DNA from: Chiloscyllium plagiosum
Taxonomy: Eukaryota
Direction: 5' to 3'
DNA length: 34,536 nucleotides
Assembly (NCBI RefSeq): GCF_004010195.1
Contig: NC_057719.1
Span: 4,017,902-4,052,437 of the forward strand
Shown here: one piece after another, positions 32,784 through 34,536 of the stretch
Layout: each line of letters begins with the position of its first letter
Numbering within the stretch: the first letter of the stretch is position 1
Notes under the pieces: model-generated
What the model saw: only the letters and a program-made list of their open reading frames with translations
The model's database searches: none
What the model was told of the DNA's origin: nothing
Made by a program: the position numbers and the translations under genes

Positions 32784-33043
32784 GGTGGCACGGTGGCTCA
32801 GTGGTTAGCACTGCTGCCTCCTAGCACCAGGGACCCTGATTCGATCCCAGCCTCGGGTGACTGTCCGTGTGGAGTTTGCACGTCGCCAGTTTCCTCCCAC
32901 AATACCAGGTTAGGTGAATTGGGCATGCTAAGTTACCCATAGTGTTCATGGATGTGTAGGGTCTGTGACATTAGGGGAATGGCTTTGGGAAGGTTAATCT
33001 TCGGAGGGTCGGTGTGGGCGTGCAGGGCCAAATGGCCTGTTTC
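32784..33043 (+). mobile_element. HE1-like SINE (older, internal deletion)
   Basis: GGCACGGTGGCTCAGTGGTTAGCACTGCTGCCTC...GGGCCAAATGGCCTGTTTCC. Confidence 0.9.
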
Positions 33044-33334
33044 CGGCACGGTGGCACAGTGGTTAGCACTGCTGCCTCGCAGCGCCAGAGACCCGGGTAC
33101 AATTCCCGACTCAGGCGACTGACTGTGTGGAGTTTGCACGTTCTCCCCGTGTCTGCGTGGGTTTCCTCCGGGTGCTCCGGTTTCCTCCCACAGTCCAAAG
33201 ATGTGCAGGTTAGGTGAATTGCCCTTAGTGTTAGGTAATAAGGGGTAAATGCAGGGGTATGGGTGGGTTGCGCTTCGGCGGGTCGGTGTGGACTTGTTGG
33301 GCCGAAGGGCCTGTTTCCACACTAAGTAATCTAA
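33044..33334 (+). mobile_element. HE1-like SINE (young, near full-length)
   Basis: Highly similar to 14825-15135; CpGs retained; 13-nt deletion at the AATTG microhomology (~33220). Confidence 0.93.
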
Positions 33335-33336
33335 AT

Positions 33337-33530
33337 GGGTGGCAAGGTGGCTCAGTGGTTAGCACTGCTGCCTCAGTGCCAGAAGCCCGGGTTCAATTCC
33401 AGCCTCTGGTTACTGTGCATACTCCACACAGACATTCTCCCCGTGTCTGCGTGGGTTTCCTCCGAGTACTCTGGTTTCCTCCCACAGTCCAAAGATGTGC
33501 AGGTTAGGTGAATTGGTCATGCTAAGTTGC
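33337..33530 (+). mobile_element. HE1-like SINE, 3'-truncated
   Basis: A and B boxes plus central domain up to GGTCATGCTAAGTTGC. Confidence 0.88.
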
Positions 33531-33543
33531 GTGTAGAGTTAGG

Positions 33544-33670
33544 AGAAAGTGAGGACTGCAGATGCTGGAGATCAGAGCTGAAAATGTGTTGCTGGAAAAG
33601 CGCAGCAGGTCAGGCAGCATCCAAGGAGCAGAAGAATCGACGTTTCGGGCATGAGCCCTTCTTCAGGAAT
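33544..33670 (-). mobile_element. Penelope-like terminal repeat (family A)
   Basis: Most complete family A copy; includes the hammerhead motif at its 5' end. Confidence 0.85.
33635..33670 (-). ncRNA. Minimal type-I hammerhead ribozyme motif, intact core
   Basis: Minus strand AUUC-CUGAAGA-A-GGGC-UCAU-GCCC-GAAAC-GUC-GAUU; weak stem I. Confidence 0.78.
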
Positions 33671-33682
33671 ATAGAGTTAATA

Positions 33683-34385
33683 GAACATAGAACCATACAG
33701 CACAGAACAGGCCCTTCGGCCCACGATGTTGTGCCGAACATTTGTCCTAGCTTAAGCACCCATCCATGTACCTATCCAATTGCCGCCTAAAGGTCACCAC
33801 TGATTCTGACTCTGCCACTCCCACAGGCAGCGCATTCCATGCCTCCACCACTCTCTGGGTAAAGAACCTACCCCTGACATCCCCCCCTATACCTTCCAAC
33901 CTTCACCTTAAATTTACGTCCCCTTGTAACACTCTGTACCCGGGGAAAAAAAAGTTTCTGACTGTCTATCTATTCCCCTGATCAGCTTATAAACCTCTAT
34001 CAAGTCACCCCTCATCCTTTGTCGTTCCAATGAGAAAAGGCCTAGAACTCTCAACCTATCCTCGTACGACCTATTCTCCATTCCAGGCAACATCCTGGTA
34101 AATCTTCTCTGCACCCTCTCCAAAGCTTCCGACATCTTTCCGAAAGTGAGGTGACCAGAACTGCACACAGTACTCGAAATGTGGCCTAACCAAGGTCCTG
34201 TATAGCTGCAACATCACTTCACGACTCTTGAATTCAATCCCTCTGCTAATGAACGCTAATACACCATAGGCCTTCTTACAAGCTCTATCCACCTGAGTGG
34301 CAACTTTCAAAGACCTATGAACATAGACCCCAAGATCCCTCTGTTCCTCCACCACACTAAGAACCCTACCGTTAACCCTGTATGC
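33683..34385 (-). mobile_element. 5'-truncated CR1 LINE
   Basis: ORFs EEQRDLGVYVHRSLKV...RPHFEYCVQFWSP and ERVQRRFTRMLPG...RGDLIEVYK; tail (plus strand) GAACATAGAACCATACAGCACAGAACAGGCCCTTCGG. Confidence 0.96.
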
Positions 34386-34536
34386 AATGCAATTCTGCTG
34401 TCTGTTCCCCAATTCTCACTGAGACCCATTCACCCATCAGCCCTGCATTCAGTGACCTAACCTGGTTTCTGATGTGGAAATATTCCATTTTCAAACTCTC
34501 ATCCTGCTGAGGGTCTGTCTCCCCGGGTCTTGTTTC

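Overview
Eukaryotic, repeat-dense, non-coding DNA, most likely intronic or intergenic sequence from a cartilaginous fish (shark). This is inferred from the HE1-like SINE, CR1/HER1-like LINE and Penelope repertoire. I find no convincing host protein-coding gene. All recognisable ORFs are decayed retroelement fragments (CR1 endonuclease/RT, Penelope GIY-YIG) or artefacts of a stop-free minisatellite. Main points: (1) two or three families of Penelope-like elements (PLEs) carry minimal type-I hammerhead ribozyme motifs, three with intact cores. (2) Three PLE insertions share a tail-out foldback architecture; two have readable 12-15 bp target-site duplications, and in all three the second arm lacks the last ~27-40 nt. 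(3) A 4.4 kb A-free, CpG-dense array of 175 apparently identical 24-mers has grown inside a CR1 element. (4) There are two solo LTRs, a probable four-level nested insertion, an 85-bp duplication bracketing a 41-nt internal CR1 snippet, and an unexplained ~100-bp hairpin. Repeat family names come from recalled consensus features, not a database search. Boundaries of old copies are approximate.
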